This document shows positions 49,754 through 59,225 of a DNA stretch of 64,000 nucleotides, one piece after another (the stretch's first letter is position 1; each line of letters opens with the position of its first letter). Position numbers and translations under genes: made by a program. This stretch comes from Promethearchaeota archaeon (GTDB lineage: Archaea > Asgardarchaeota > Lokiarchaeia > Sigyniarchaeales > SOKP01), in contig JAUVXW010000015.1 of assembly GCA_030603385.1 (NCBI GenBank), forward strand, positions 16,704 to 80,703. The letters run 5' to 3'. The notes under the pieces are model-generated. The model did no database searches. It was not told the origin of the DNA and saw only the letters and a list, made by a program, of their open reading frames with translations.

Positions 49754-50413
49754 TTAGTTAATTTGAGAAAAATGAAAGTTTCTCTCAACATATTTTAGCA
49801 CGGCACATATATTAGGAAAAGAAGTTTCCAATATCCTTGTGTTTGCTTCGCTAAGTTGTCTTTTAAGCTCCCTTTTATTAATAATACTTCTTATTTCCTG
49901 CTTTAATGCATTTCTCCAACTAGCATCTTTAGTTCCTCTTGGAACGTTAATTTTAACATTTACTTTAAGTTCAATAAATCTCTTTACTTCTTCTTCAATA
50001 CAAGCGTCTGAACCCCAGATAATACAATACAAATAGAACTCATGAGGACCAGATCTACATTTTATTAAAAATGCATCTTGGAGTGGAATAATTTCATCTC
50101 CACAATCTATACCAATTGAACTTAATTTTCTATTTATTTCGCTCTTTGGATCTTCCTCTATATGTTCCCCATCTACAATGAAAATAAAGTTGCAATATCG
50201 CCGATCAACAAGGGTTTTTATAGAATTAAGTGCACTTACACCTGATTGTTTTTTAATACCTGTACGTGGATATAATATGATTTTTTCATTATCATTGTAT
50301 TTTTCACAAATTATTTCTAATATCATTTTTTCTGGATAAGTTCCATCCCCATTAAGAATTACATGTTTTAATTCAAGACCTTTCTCATCATCTACCATTT
50401 TCAAAGCTATCAC
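49754..50413 (-). CDS. TOPRIM-like (DUF3226/RloB-like) partner of the ABC-type ATPase
   Basis: ILNGDG..E, IFIVDGE, CIEE; lies 9 nt downstream of the ATPase. Confidence 0.55.
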   Translation of the reverse strand: MIALKMVDDEKGLELKHVILNGDGTYPEKMILEIICEKYNDNEKIILYPRTGIKKQSGVSALNSIKTLVDRRYCNFIFIVDGEHIEEDPKSEINRKLSSIGIDCGDEIIPLQDAFLIKCRSGPHEFYLYCIIWGSDACIEEEVKRFIELKVNVKINVPRGTKDASWRNALKQEIRSIINKRELKRQLSEANTRILETSFPNICAVLKYVERNFHFSQIN

Positions 50414-50422
50414 GAGGAATTT

Positions 50423-51442
50423 TTAAAAATTAAATTTTCGGGGATCGGCATTTGCATTTAAGAGATCTTCAATTTCATCAAGAGTCAATTTATCATATTC
50501 TAAATTATCTTCATGTGATTTTTTTAAAAATAAAACATTACAATCTAATGGGTTTATTTCTGTCAGTTTATATAATATATCTATACTATGAGTCGATATT
50601 ACGACTTGACTGCCTGTATTTATTAACCATTTAAGAAATATGTCAATCATAGTTGGATGAAGTCCTGCTTCAAAATCATCAATTAATATTAACTCTGGAT
50701 TTATTGATTCAATTAATAACATGAGTTTTATTAATTTCTCTGCACCTGATCCAAGATCATTTATTCTTACATAAGTAAAATTATTGGGAAAGACCTTTCT
50801 AATACGCATTGGTTTTCCGAATAATATCTCACTATATTCATCATCGACACATTTATTAAGGCTCTTAGCAACTTGGACATGGATTCCCTTTTTAATTATT
50901 AAATCCTTTAATAAATCTATTTTATTTTCTATTTCTTTGATATACTGTGTATCATGTGGTATGAATAAAACCGAGGTACTAGAGCCTTTTGTGACTATTT
51001 TTAAGAATTTTTCTATATATTTAGGATGTGTTGACGGTTTTTTTTCTATTATTTTAGAAATCCTAGAAAAGAATAAATCATCTGGGCCAAAATTATAATT
51101 GAAGGCTCTTTCATTTATAGAGACTTTGAAAGCCTTATTCTTAATCCTATTATATTCAATCGATGAAGTACCTGTATATTGATAAATCAGTGTTTTGTAA
51201 GATTTAGGCTTACCCTTTGATGATTGCTCTTGGTAGTGAAGATTTCTTATAAACGATATTTTATCCATTCCAGTTATGTATTCCGAAATCTGTGGAGAGG
51301 GTAGTAAAGATAAGGCTTCCAATATTGTTGATTTTCCAGAATTATTTCTACCAATTAAAACGTTGAAATTAGAGAGTTCTATAAGAGATTTACAACTTTT
51401 TATTCCTCGAAACTCTGTAATTCTGAGATCCTTTATAATCAT
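50423..51442 (-). CDS. AAA_15/AAA_21 ABC-type ATPase
   Basis: FRGI, GRNNSGKS, DLGSG, LILIDDFEAGLHP, ISTHS. Confidence 0.9.
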   Translation of the reverse strand: MIIKDLRITEFRGIKSCKSLIELSNFNVLIGRNNSGKSTILEALSLLPSPQISEYITGMDKISFIRNLHYQEQSSKGKPKSYKTLIYQYTGTSSIEYNRIKNKAFKVSINERAFNYNFGPDDLFFSRISKIIEKKPSTHPKYIEKFLKIVTKGSSTSVLFIPHDTQYIKEIENKIDLLKDLIIKKGIHVQVAKSLNKCVDDEYSEILFGKPMRIRKVFPNNFTYVRINDLGSGAEKLIKLMLLIESINPELILIDDFEAGLHPTMIDIFLKWLINTGSQVVISTHSIDILYKLTEINPLDCNVLFLKKSHEDNLEYDKLTLDEIEDLLNANADPRKFNF

Positions 51443-51944
51443 GAATTCTCTCTATTTTTAATTATTTTTCCTATTATTAAAAATCTATTAATTAATTAAA
51501 TATGATTTTTTTTTATGGAATTTTAGACTTTTTTCGGATCCAAATTTAGTCAACGTTGATATTTTTTTAAATTTTTTTGATTGGCGTAAATTTACATCTT
51601 TTATGAATCAACAAATTTGATTATTTTCTTTCCTGATAATTATTTTATATTTAATATTTACAAAAATTTTATAGATATAATATGACCTTATTTTGATGAA
51701 ACCTTATCTAAATCTTTAATAAATTTTTTTTTCTCAAAAGTGCCCTTTCTGACAAAAACCAGGAATATTATAATAATTTTTTTTACTCTTCAAGTTGTTT
51801 TTCTTTAAAATTTAAATAACTATTTTCTATAAAAAATGTCCCTACAAAACTATTCATAATATTCGGGCTTGCAACAATTTGATATTTTGATAATAGATTT
51901 AATCCTTACGCTTGTTCTTTAAATGAGTAATGTAAATAATCAGA

Positions 51945-52787
51945 TTATAGTTGTTTGAAATCTAAAGCAGTTAGAATATTTATTGTGTCTTTAAAAAAGT
52001 GTCTAAATTTCCCTAGTTGTTTTTCCATGAATTCTTTAATAGGAATATACCCCATGATTGGTAAATATTCAAAATGAGTTCTTACGGATTTATTACCGAA
52101 TTTTGTCTTGATTTCTAATTGACCGAACTTCATACTTGATCCTCTATCATACATTCTACTCATACGTGTATCTGGAAGATATTTTGGTGATTTTTCAGGT
52201 ACTACAATCGGTCGTTTATAAGTCTTGAGCGAATCAGACATTTTTAAAGTCTTATACTCTTGTGATATATTTATCATCAATCTGTGAACGAGGTGGTGTC
52301 TATATTCTCTTATTTCCGAAAGCCAATTAAAATGGGACTTAATTTGGTCATAGATTGGTATTATTCTTCCTTTTTCAACTAATTTCATTAATGAGCTAAT
52401 TTTATCAAATTGTTTACCTTTTAAATGAAGTGACACTACTGTTGCTAAAAAATCGATGGCACTTTTCATAGCTTCAAGAAAAGCTGATAATTCATATACA
52501 TAATGATTGGCGGGTAATTCAATAGTAACAGTTACATTGATAGTTTTTCTTATTACCACCCTGTCTTCTCTCATAAATACAACATTATCCTCTTCCTCTT
52601 TTAAATATCTTAATACATTCCAAAAATGGTACTGAACCGCTTGATACTTCCGAAAGGCATACATCAATTTAGTTTCATAATTTTCCTTTTCTTCATTACT
52701 CGTAAAAATAGTTTCTGGAAATAAAGGAGCTTCATCAAGTTTCCTAAAATATTCATCTAATATTTCAAAAATATTAATTTCTGTAAT
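51945..52787 (-). CDS. HEPN-domain RNase (Cthe_2314-like)
   Basis: ELSAFL..KSAIDFLA and Rx4H motif YRHHLVH; frame is open 40 codons upstream of the track start, to ATT 52787 next to GGTGA. Confidence 0.7.
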   Translation of the reverse strand: MTEINIFEILDEYFRKLDEAPLFPETIFTSNEEKENYETKLMYAFRKYQAVQYHFWNVLRYLKEEEDNVVFMREDRVVIRKTINVTVTIELPANHYVYELSAFLEAMKSAIDFLATVVSLHLKGKQFDKISSLMKLVEKGRIIPIYDQIKSHFNWLSEIREYRHHLVHRLMINISQEYKTLKMSDSLKTYKRPIVVPEKSPKYLPDTRMSRMYDRGSSMKFGQLEIKTKFGNKSVRTHFEYLPIMGYIPIKEFMEKQLGKFRHFFKDTINILTALDFKQL

Positions 52788-52960
52788 TTTTCACCATCCT
52801 AATAAATTCTCTCTGTATTCAACAAATTTTTTAAATTCTTCCATTACTTTATTATCACTAATATATTTTTTTAAGTTTCTTATATCATGATCCTCCAAAA
52901 ATCTTAGATATTCTTTTATTAAAAATAATGGGTATAATTCCTTTTAGGTGATCATCTTTC

Positions 52961-52979
52961 CAAGGAGTTGAACTCCTTG
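52961..52979. repeat. Perfect 19-bp palindrome
   Basis: CAAGGAGTT-G-AACTCCTTG. Confidence 0.7.
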
Positions 52980-53161
52980 TGAGAGATCCAAATACAATTT
53001 TGAGTAATTTTAATTATTTAATTAATAGAGTGAATTTAACGAGAGATAAAATCCTAAAAATACATCAATTACTTTCGGAAAATCCTGATGCTTTTGCAAA
53101 GAAAATGAGAATTTTAAAACTTGAAATTTTAGCCTTAAAAAGAACGAGTATAATAATATAA
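52979..53161 (+). CDS. Small hypothetical ORF or remnant
   Basis: 60-aa ORF only. Confidence 0.25.
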   Translation: MRDPNTILSNFNYLINRVNLTRDKILKIHQLLSENPDAFAKKMRILKLEILALKRTSIII

Positions 53162-53307
53162 TTTAAATTCCTAATTATTATATAAAACTCTAATGGTCTG
53201 AAAAAGAAATTGAAGTCTATTTGAAACAGAAGTTAAATTAATTTTTTTTTATTTTTTTTATTAATTTTTGATATATTTATAAAGTTCATAGAATTAATTT
53301 TGTTATT

Positions 53308-53490
53308 ATGGTAGTTTATGATAGTGGATTATTGAAAGTAGTAGAGGAATTAAATAACTATCTTACGGGAGATGGTATAAGTATTATTAAGGAAGCTTTT
53401 GAATTTATTGATGGTAAAATTCATGATATTTACTTGCATATTAATAATCTTGATAGTAAAATAGATAAAGTAATTGAAAAAACTAAATAA
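53308..53490 (+). CDS. Small helical/coiled-coil hypothetical protein
   Basis: 60 aa with protein-like composition; upstream TTTATAAA TATA-like box and downstream T-tract. Confidence 0.45.
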   Translation: MVVYDSGLLKVVEELNNYLTGDGISIIKEAFEFIDGKIHDIYLHINNLDSKIDKVIEKTK

Positions 53491-53787
53491 ATAATTTTTT
53501 TTCTTTTTTTAACTTCAATGATTGTAAACGTTAATCTTATTAATCAATAATTATATTTCGGTTAAATATGTGAGAAATATCATAATCCTTGAAGTGTTTA
53601 CAGGATTTGATGATTTTTTTCTCCTGGAGTTAAAATTTACTCTTCAGGTAAGATTTTATTCATATAACTTAATTTAAAGCTATTTTTAGAATGTTTTTTC
53701 AAAAATATATAACAAATATTAAAGATATTTGATTTATCGAAAAAATTGATAAATGAAATTTAAAAATTAATTTGTTGCTAAAAACTT

Positions 53788-53961
53788 TTATGGCCATTGG
53801 TACCAAGTACCATCACCATCAAAAAATCCAAGTAAAAAAGCAAGAGTTATATCTTCATCCGCTCTTTTTATAATTTCTGGGAGTCCTGCTTCCATTGCTG
53901 AACTCGAGTAACCATTCCTTAAAAGTTCTTCTATCATTCTTTTAATCACATCTTTTTCCAC
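53788..53961 (-). pseudogene. LAGLIDADG homing endonuclease fragment
   Basis: Translated by hand: ..LPEIIKRADEDITLAFLLGFFDGDGTWYQWP*. Confidence 0.7.
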
Positions 53962-54119
53962 ACATCAAAAATTAATAACTTTAAATAGAATTAATCATAT
54001 AAAAAAACTTAAGACAATAAGGAATAGATGATTTTATTTTTATAGAATTGTATAATACAATTATTTATTAAATCATTATAATTAGAAATTATTCTATTAA
54101 AAATTAGGAGTTATATCTT

Positions 54120-55766
54120 ATGGTGGAAGATTTTCTTGATTTAAATTTTAGCTTAAAAAATTTCAAATCATTTAAAGACACAGAATATATCAATATAAAA
54201 CCTCTAACTATACTATGTGGTGTAAATAATAGTGGAAAGAGCTCATTGATTCAAAGTCTATTATTATTATCCCAAAGTATAAGTCACGTTAAAGAAGTAT
54301 CTGAATTACCTTTTTCTCTATTACCTGATTCCTTTAAGTATGAAGTTGCTAAATATAAAACATCTATATTATTTGAAGGAGAAAAATGTCACCTTAGTGA
54401 TTATTTCAATGTTTTAAATAAATATACAAAAGAAAAAGAAATAAATTTCAGCTTTGAATATAGTGATATTAAATTTTTAATAACATTTGTGAACATCTCT
54501 GAAGCATCAATTTTAGAAGCATTTATCAAAGAATTTACCATAAGAGGAAAAGATTATGAATTAAAAGTATTTGCTAATTTTGATAGTAATAATAGAATCC
54601 AAAATTATTCTTGTTTGATAGCAAGGATGAGTTTTAAAGATTTTCTTTTACAATCTCCTTTTGAATTCATAATTTCTATTGAAGGAGAAAAGGGTTTAGA
54701 TCAGATATACATTAATAATTATACTATTGAAAATCTCCATGTAAAATTTAATGGATTTATTCCAGAAAGATTAATTCTTCCTGTTAAAGATCTTATTATA
54801 CAAATAGGTAATATCTTCAAGGAGTATGGAGGAGAAAATAAAAAATTAAAGTCCATTAAAAAAACTATAGATAAATATTCAAAGTTTATATTTCATCAAT
54901 TAAAGGATGTTTCAGAAAAGGAAGAAATACAAGCAAATTATGCGATTTTAAATTTTAAAGATCTTATCTTCATTTTTAATTTTTTTAATAATATTCATTA
55001 TATTGGACCGTTGAGAGATGAGCCTCATAGATATTATCAATTCTTTGACATTAGAGAATTAAATATAGGAAATAAGGGACAAAACGCTCCTCAAATATTA
55101 ACATTGCAGGCGGATTCTGAAATCCCAGCTTTTAAAATTTATGAAATAAGAAATAATCAAATATTATTTAGTGAGTTCGAATGTGAAGACTTAACTCTCC
55201 AAAAAGGTTTATTAAAGTGGTTTGAAATTATTGGTTTGCCTGATATAAATCCAAAATTAGTCGAAAAAATTTTATTTAAAATAATGGTTGATTTATTAAA
55301 AAAAGATTCTGAGGTGTCTCTTCAAGATGTAGGATTTGGTATAAGTCAAATTTTGCCAGTTTATATTGAAAGTCTGAGAATGAATAAAGAACATATATTA
55401 ATTTTAGAACAACCTGAAATTCATCTTCATCCAAAAATGCAGTCAAATTTAGCAGATTTTATATTATGCATGATGCTTTCAGGCAAAAATTTTATCATAG
55501 AAACTCATAGTGAATATTTAATAAACAGGATTTGCTTGAGAATCGCTCAAGATCAAAATAATATCTTAAAAGATATGATTTCTATTGTATTTATTGATCC
55601 TCCTAAAATTAATAAAGAGAAAGGATTTGAGGGATCTAAGATTAATAGAGTTGCTTTAAATAATTACGGTGAAATTGAAAATTGGCCAATTGGCTTTTTT
55701 GATGAAATGGATTACAATAAAATATTAAGCGCTGCAATTAATAAAAGAAAAAAGGAAACATCGTGA
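54120..55766 (+). CDS. AAA_21 ATPase with C-terminal DUF3696 (defence-associated)
   Basis: NFKSF, GVNNSGKSS, HYIGPLR, DVGFGISQILPV, EQPEIHLHP, IIETHSE, G.IENWPIGFFD. Confidence 0.88.
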   Translation: MVEDFLDLNFSLKNFKSFKDTEYINIKPLTILCGVNNSGKSSLIQSLLLLSQSISHVKEVSELPFSLLPDSFKYEVAKYKTSILFEGEKCHLSDYFNVLNKYTKEKEINFSFEYSDIKFLITFVNISEASILEAFIKEFTIRGKDYELKVFANFDSNNRIQNYSCLIARMSFKDFLLQSPFEFIISIEGEKGLDQIYINNYTIENLHVKFNGFIPERLILPVKDLIIQIGNIFKEYGGENKKLKSIKKTIDKYSKFIFHQLKDVSEKEEIQANYAILNFKDLIFIFNFFNNIHYIGPLRDEPHRYYQFFDIRELNIGNKGQNAPQILTLQADSEIPAFKIYEIRNNQILFSEFECEDLTLQKGLLKWFEIIGLPDINPKLVEKILFKIMVDLLKKDSEVSLQDVGFGISQILPVYIESLRMNKEHILILEQPEIHLHPKMQSNLADFILCMMLSGKNFIIETHSEYLINRICLRIAQDQNNILKDMISIVFIDPPKINKEKGFEGSKINRVALNNYGEIENWPIGFFDEMDYNKILSAAINKRKKETS

Positions 55767-55772
55767 AAATTA

Positions 55773-56639
55773 ATGGTAAACTGCTTTATAGATCCGATAT
55801 TCCTAGCAATAAGTAATAATATTACGACTAAGCATTATTCAGATGTTATTTTTCCTATAATATATGAGTTTTGTAATAGAATCGAAGAAATAGAAAATAA
55901 TCTTAATAAAAGGATAATTGATTTCAATATTACATTTGATTTGATCCTGTTATCTATAAAATGTAATCCATATCGTTTTAGATCCTCAATATCTTGTAGT
56001 ACTTGGTTTAAAAAATTCTTGTTAAATTTTCTAAAAATCCATAGAAATTCAAATTGTGATATTATATCAAATGAGAAAGGTATCAACTTAATTATTAAAT
56101 TTGAAAATAATAATGTTCCAAGTTTAATAATTGAAAATTGGAATTCTTTTCTTAATAAATGTTCAAATTGCTCTTATACAGATGAAAGAAATTTAGAATT
56201 TCTTACTTTAGAAGGATTGGGTTCGAAAAAGGTAAAAGGAACTCCAGATTTTTTTAATTCTTACTATACTGATTTATTAAATTGGCTTAATAATCAAGAT
56301 TTTACAATAATTTCTCCTTCAAATCCCCCGGTTGTAAATATTGACCCAAATTTGAAGAAGAAAGGTAAATGGAAACATTCAACACCTAAACAAGTGATGA
56401 ATGAAATAGAAAAAATTCTAAAATGTGAATATGTAAGTGGTGTTCAACAAATAAGCAAAACCAGAAAGATTAATAGAGATCTAATGGAATTAGAAAATGA
56501 TAATCAGATTAGATTATATATTAAGGATGCTTATGGTACACAAATTTTTATAGTTACTACAACTGCCCGTAATATTTCTGAAAATCAATTTATTTATGAA
56601 AAAATTTCTGAAATTTTACCAAATTTTGAGAATAAATAA
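55773..56639 (+). CDS. Putative effector partner of the DUF3696 ATPase
   Basis: Starts 6 nt after the ATPase stop; N-terminal CFIDP strand; C-terminal WKH..ILKCEYVSGV..TTARN. Confidence 0.55.
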   Translation: MVNCFIDPIFLAISNNITTKHYSDVIFPIIYEFCNRIEEIENNLNKRIIDFNITFDLILLSIKCNPYRFRSSISCSTWFKKFLLNFLKIHRNSNCDIISNEKGINLIIKFENNNVPSLIIENWNSFLNKCSNCSYTDERNLEFLTLEGLGSKKVKGTPDFFNSYYTDLLNWLNNQDFTIISPSNPPVVNIDPNLKKKGKWKHSTPKQVMNEIEKILKCEYVSGVQQISKTRKINRDLMELENDNQIRLYIKDAYGTQIFIVTTTARNISENQFIYEKISEILPNFENK

Positions 56640-56691
56640 AAATCTTATCGGGTTAGCTTTCCTTTTAACCATTAAATCTATCAAAGACTAA

Positions 56692-56871
56692 ATGGTTTTA
56701 TTTCCCCTTTCAAATAAATTGGAAAGATTATTAGAAATGACTGATGAAGTCATCTCCAATGGAGAGAAAGTTTTAATCTTTACTCAATTTACACAAATGG
56801 GAACAATTATAAAAAAAATTTTATATCTCCAGTGGCAGGACTTTAAAAAATTAAAGAAATCCTATTTTTAA
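56692..56871 (+). pseudogene. SNF2-family helicase fragment
   Basis: SNKLERLLEMTDEVISNGEKVLIFTQFTQMG matches the motif IV region of SNF2 helicases. Confidence 0.7.
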
Positions 56872-56938
56872 GCGAAATTTCGCACGATTTTTGAAAAGTA
56901 GTATAAAAATATAATAAAAAAAAGTCTGCATATGCAGA

Positions 56939-57274
56939 TTATTTTCTCATTTCATTAACCGATTCAAAAGTTAATTTTTGACCTCTAAGCCAATCTAAAG
57001 GTAAGTTCTCTTCATTTTCACTTACAAAATCTCGAAACCATTGAATTAACTCGTGTCTATTCATGGTTTTTTCTCCGAAAAATTTATTTCTTTTAAAACA
57101 TGTTGGACAGATTTTAGCTTTTTTAGGTTTCATTTTCGGTTTTGAAACAGATACTTTTTCTCCAGGAGTAATTTTATCATCCTGACTGTCAGGAATAATT
57201 TCTTTCTCAGGTGTTTTCTTTGATTCTTCCTGGAGTTTTAATTTTTGTTTCATTAATTCTGCTAGGCTAGGCAT
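56939..57274 (-). CDS. Hypothetical protein with CxxC
   Basis: GGTGA SD, overlaps the upstream gene, CPTC. Confidence 0.6.
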   Translation of the reverse strand: MPSLAELMKQKLKLQEESKKTPEKEIIPDSQDDKITPGEKVSVSKPKMKPKKAKICPTCFKRNKFFGEKTMNRHELIQWFRDFVSENEENLPLDWLRGQKLTFESVNEMRK

Positions 57275-57599
57275 TAATTATCACCATTTCAATTTTATTG
57301 AATAATTTTTCATTTTTCTCAACGAACTTAACAATCTTAGGATCTTTCATTAGATAATTAATATTATCTTTAAAAAAATTGTTTAGAAATGCTAAATATT
57401 CTTTTGTTTTAACTGCAAAATATATATAAGGTTTTCTATCGTTTAGTCTTTCAATTTTTTTATCTTTCAATAAAGAATTTAAGTAGATATAGACGTGTTG
57501 TTTATCTATTTCTGTTAATTCATGAATTTTAGAAGAGGTTAATTCAGTTTTGGTTAATAATTCTAAAATCTGGTCTTTTTCTGATATTTTTTTTGTCAT
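57267..57599 (-). CDS. Winged helix-turn-helix protein
   Basis: ILELL...LTSSKIHELT.I....VYIYLNSL....KIER....PYIY. Confidence 0.75.
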   Translation of the reverse strand: MTKKISEKDQILELLTKTELTSSKIHELTEIDKQHVYIYLNSLLKDKKIERLNDRKPYIYFAVKTKEYLAFLNNFFKDNINYLMKDPKIVKFVEKNEKLFNKIEMVIINA

Positions 57600-57617
57600 T
57601 TTTTATCACATTTTTAA

Positions 57618-57715
57618 CTTAATAATTTATTATTAAGATAATAGAAGCATCCATATATAAACTTAATGATATTTTGTTAAGTTAAATATTGTCAACTTAA
57701 TGGTTTTTTATTAAG
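57618..57715. promoter_or_regulatory. Three operator-like palindromes CTTAA-N10-TTAAG around a TATA box
   Basis: Copies at 57618-57637, 57662-57681 and 57696-57715; minus-strand TTTATATA at about 57654-57661. Confidence 0.75.
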
Positions 57716-57927
57716 TCTTATTTTTTTAGAATGAAACGAATTAGTTTAATTTTTAAAATTAGAGAGTATAACCTTTAAAATACTAATAAAATAAGAGAAA
57801 ACAACTAAATAATATAGAGATATAAAAATATCTTTTTTACATTGAAAGAACACTTTCACGATTTTATATATAGCTTGTGATGTTTTTCACATGATATCTT
57901 GATAATATTTCCTAATCTCAAGAAAAT

Positions 57928-58392
57928 TTAACATGGTTCAAATTTGAATCCGCAACATTCACATAGATTTTCTAGATTTTCAACATATACTACCATTGAA
58001 TTATACCATTTATCTAATAATTTCTTGAATTGAACTTTTATTGATTCCATGTTTTTTGCATTGTAAACATATAGATATCCTTGTTTTTTAAAATTAGATT
58101 TAGCCTTCACGTCTCTAAACTCCTTCATTGAAATGGACTTGCGGTTAATGAGTTGTAATTTCGATAGATTTTGAACAGCTCTTTGAATTGAGCTTCTTTC
58201 CATATTTAGTTTAGATGCTATTTCAGAGGTACTCACATTATTATTTTTTAGTATATGCCCAAATACCTTAGATTCTGTTTTGTTTAAGCCTAAAATACAT
58301 TTAAATAATCTTTCACTAGAAAAGATTTCTTTTTTATCTAATAAATCATCTATTCTTTCAAATTCTTTTAGTTGTCTTTCAATTACTTCCAT
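57928..58392 (-). CDS. TrmB-like HTH transcriptional regulator with Cys-rich C-terminus
   Basis: CILGLNKTE, EIASKLNMERSSIQRAV.NL, GYLYVY; ends CECCGFKFEPC. Confidence 0.8.
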   Translation of the reverse strand: MEVIERQLKEFERIDDLLDKKEIFSSERLFKCILGLNKTESKVFGHILKNNNVSTSEIASKLNMERSSIQRAVQNLSKLQLINRKSISMKEFRDVKAKSNFKKQGYLYVYNAKNMESIKVQFKKLLDKWYNSMVVYVENLENLCECCGFKFEPC

Positions 58393-58456
58393 TAAGTATC
58401 AACTCAAATTAGTTAAAAAAATATATTTAAAAAAAATTGGTTATTTAATTGAATGC

Positions 58457-58861
58457 TTATTTTAATTTTTCTAATACTTGTTTCATTTGTTCATAATTCA
58501 AAGCGCCAATAGCTTTATTAATAACATCTCCATTCTTAATATATAATGTAGTTGGAATTCCAGTAATACTATATTTCATCGCAATTGCATTATTCTCATC
58601 CACATTGACTTTTATAAATATAAATTCATTTTTAAATTCTTCATGAAGTTTTTTGAAAACTGGCGCGAAGAACATGCATGGACCACACCAAACTGCCCAA
58701 AAATCAATAATAATTATATTATTTGGATAATCTTTCAATATTTTATTAAATTCTTCAACAGATTTTATTTCTATAATAGTTACTGGCATTGCTTGATTTT
58801 TTAATAAAGTTTTGGCTCTTTTCATTCTCAACATTTCTAGTTCTGAATCTGCTTTTTGCAT
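58457..58861 (-). CDS. trxA: Thioredoxin
   Basis: DFWAVWCGPC, IPT cis-Pro motif. Confidence 0.93.
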   Translation of the reverse strand: MQKADSELEMLRMKRAKTLLKNQAMPVTIIEIKSVEEFNKILKDYPNNIIIIDFWAVWCGPCMFFAPVFKKLHEEFKNEFIFIKVNVDENNAIAMKYSITGIPTTLYIKNGDVINKAIGALNYEQMKQVLEKLK

Positions 58862-58889
58862 TACTATACCACTTTAAATTGATATTATT

Positions 58890-58918
58890 TAAGTTGTGAA
58901 TTTTTTTTTCACAACTTA
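58890..58918. promoter_or_regulatory. Palindromic operator upstream of the trx-HTH operon
   Basis: TAAGTTGTGAA-N7-TTCACAACTTA between the TATA-like box (~58941-58949) and the start codon; related site GTGAA-N6-TTCAC at ~58960-58975. Confidence 0.65.
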
Positions 58919-59225
58919 TTAATTAATAGAATTAAAAAGGATATTTAAACGTGATTGTAGTGAAAATAATTTCACAACCTCAAAAAATAAATTTTAAAAT
59001 AGAAAAAAGTTATTCTATAGCTTCTGCAATTTCTATTACTTCTTTTATAATTTAGCATTTACTCTATTTAATAATTCTACTAATCCTCACATAAATAGAT
59101 TTAATTGATGAACTTAGAGTGAACTTTAAACCCTTGCTGAAGTTAGTCTGTTTTAACTTATATGGAAAAAAAAAATTAATACATCATATAGGAATAGATT
59201 AATTACAAGGAATATTTAATAAGTT

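Larger units (their letters stand above)
48800..57720. mobile_element. Accessory/defence island, probably a decayed integrated element
   Basis: Truncated gene at the left junction, small RHH/wHTH-like genes at both ends, defence-type ATPase pairs, HEPN, gene fragments and long AT-rich spacers; no integrase or att repeat seen. Confidence 0.55.

Noticed and set aside
48790-57900. att direct repeats, tRNA target or integrase for the island
   Set aside because: None found by eye; island boundaries remain approximate
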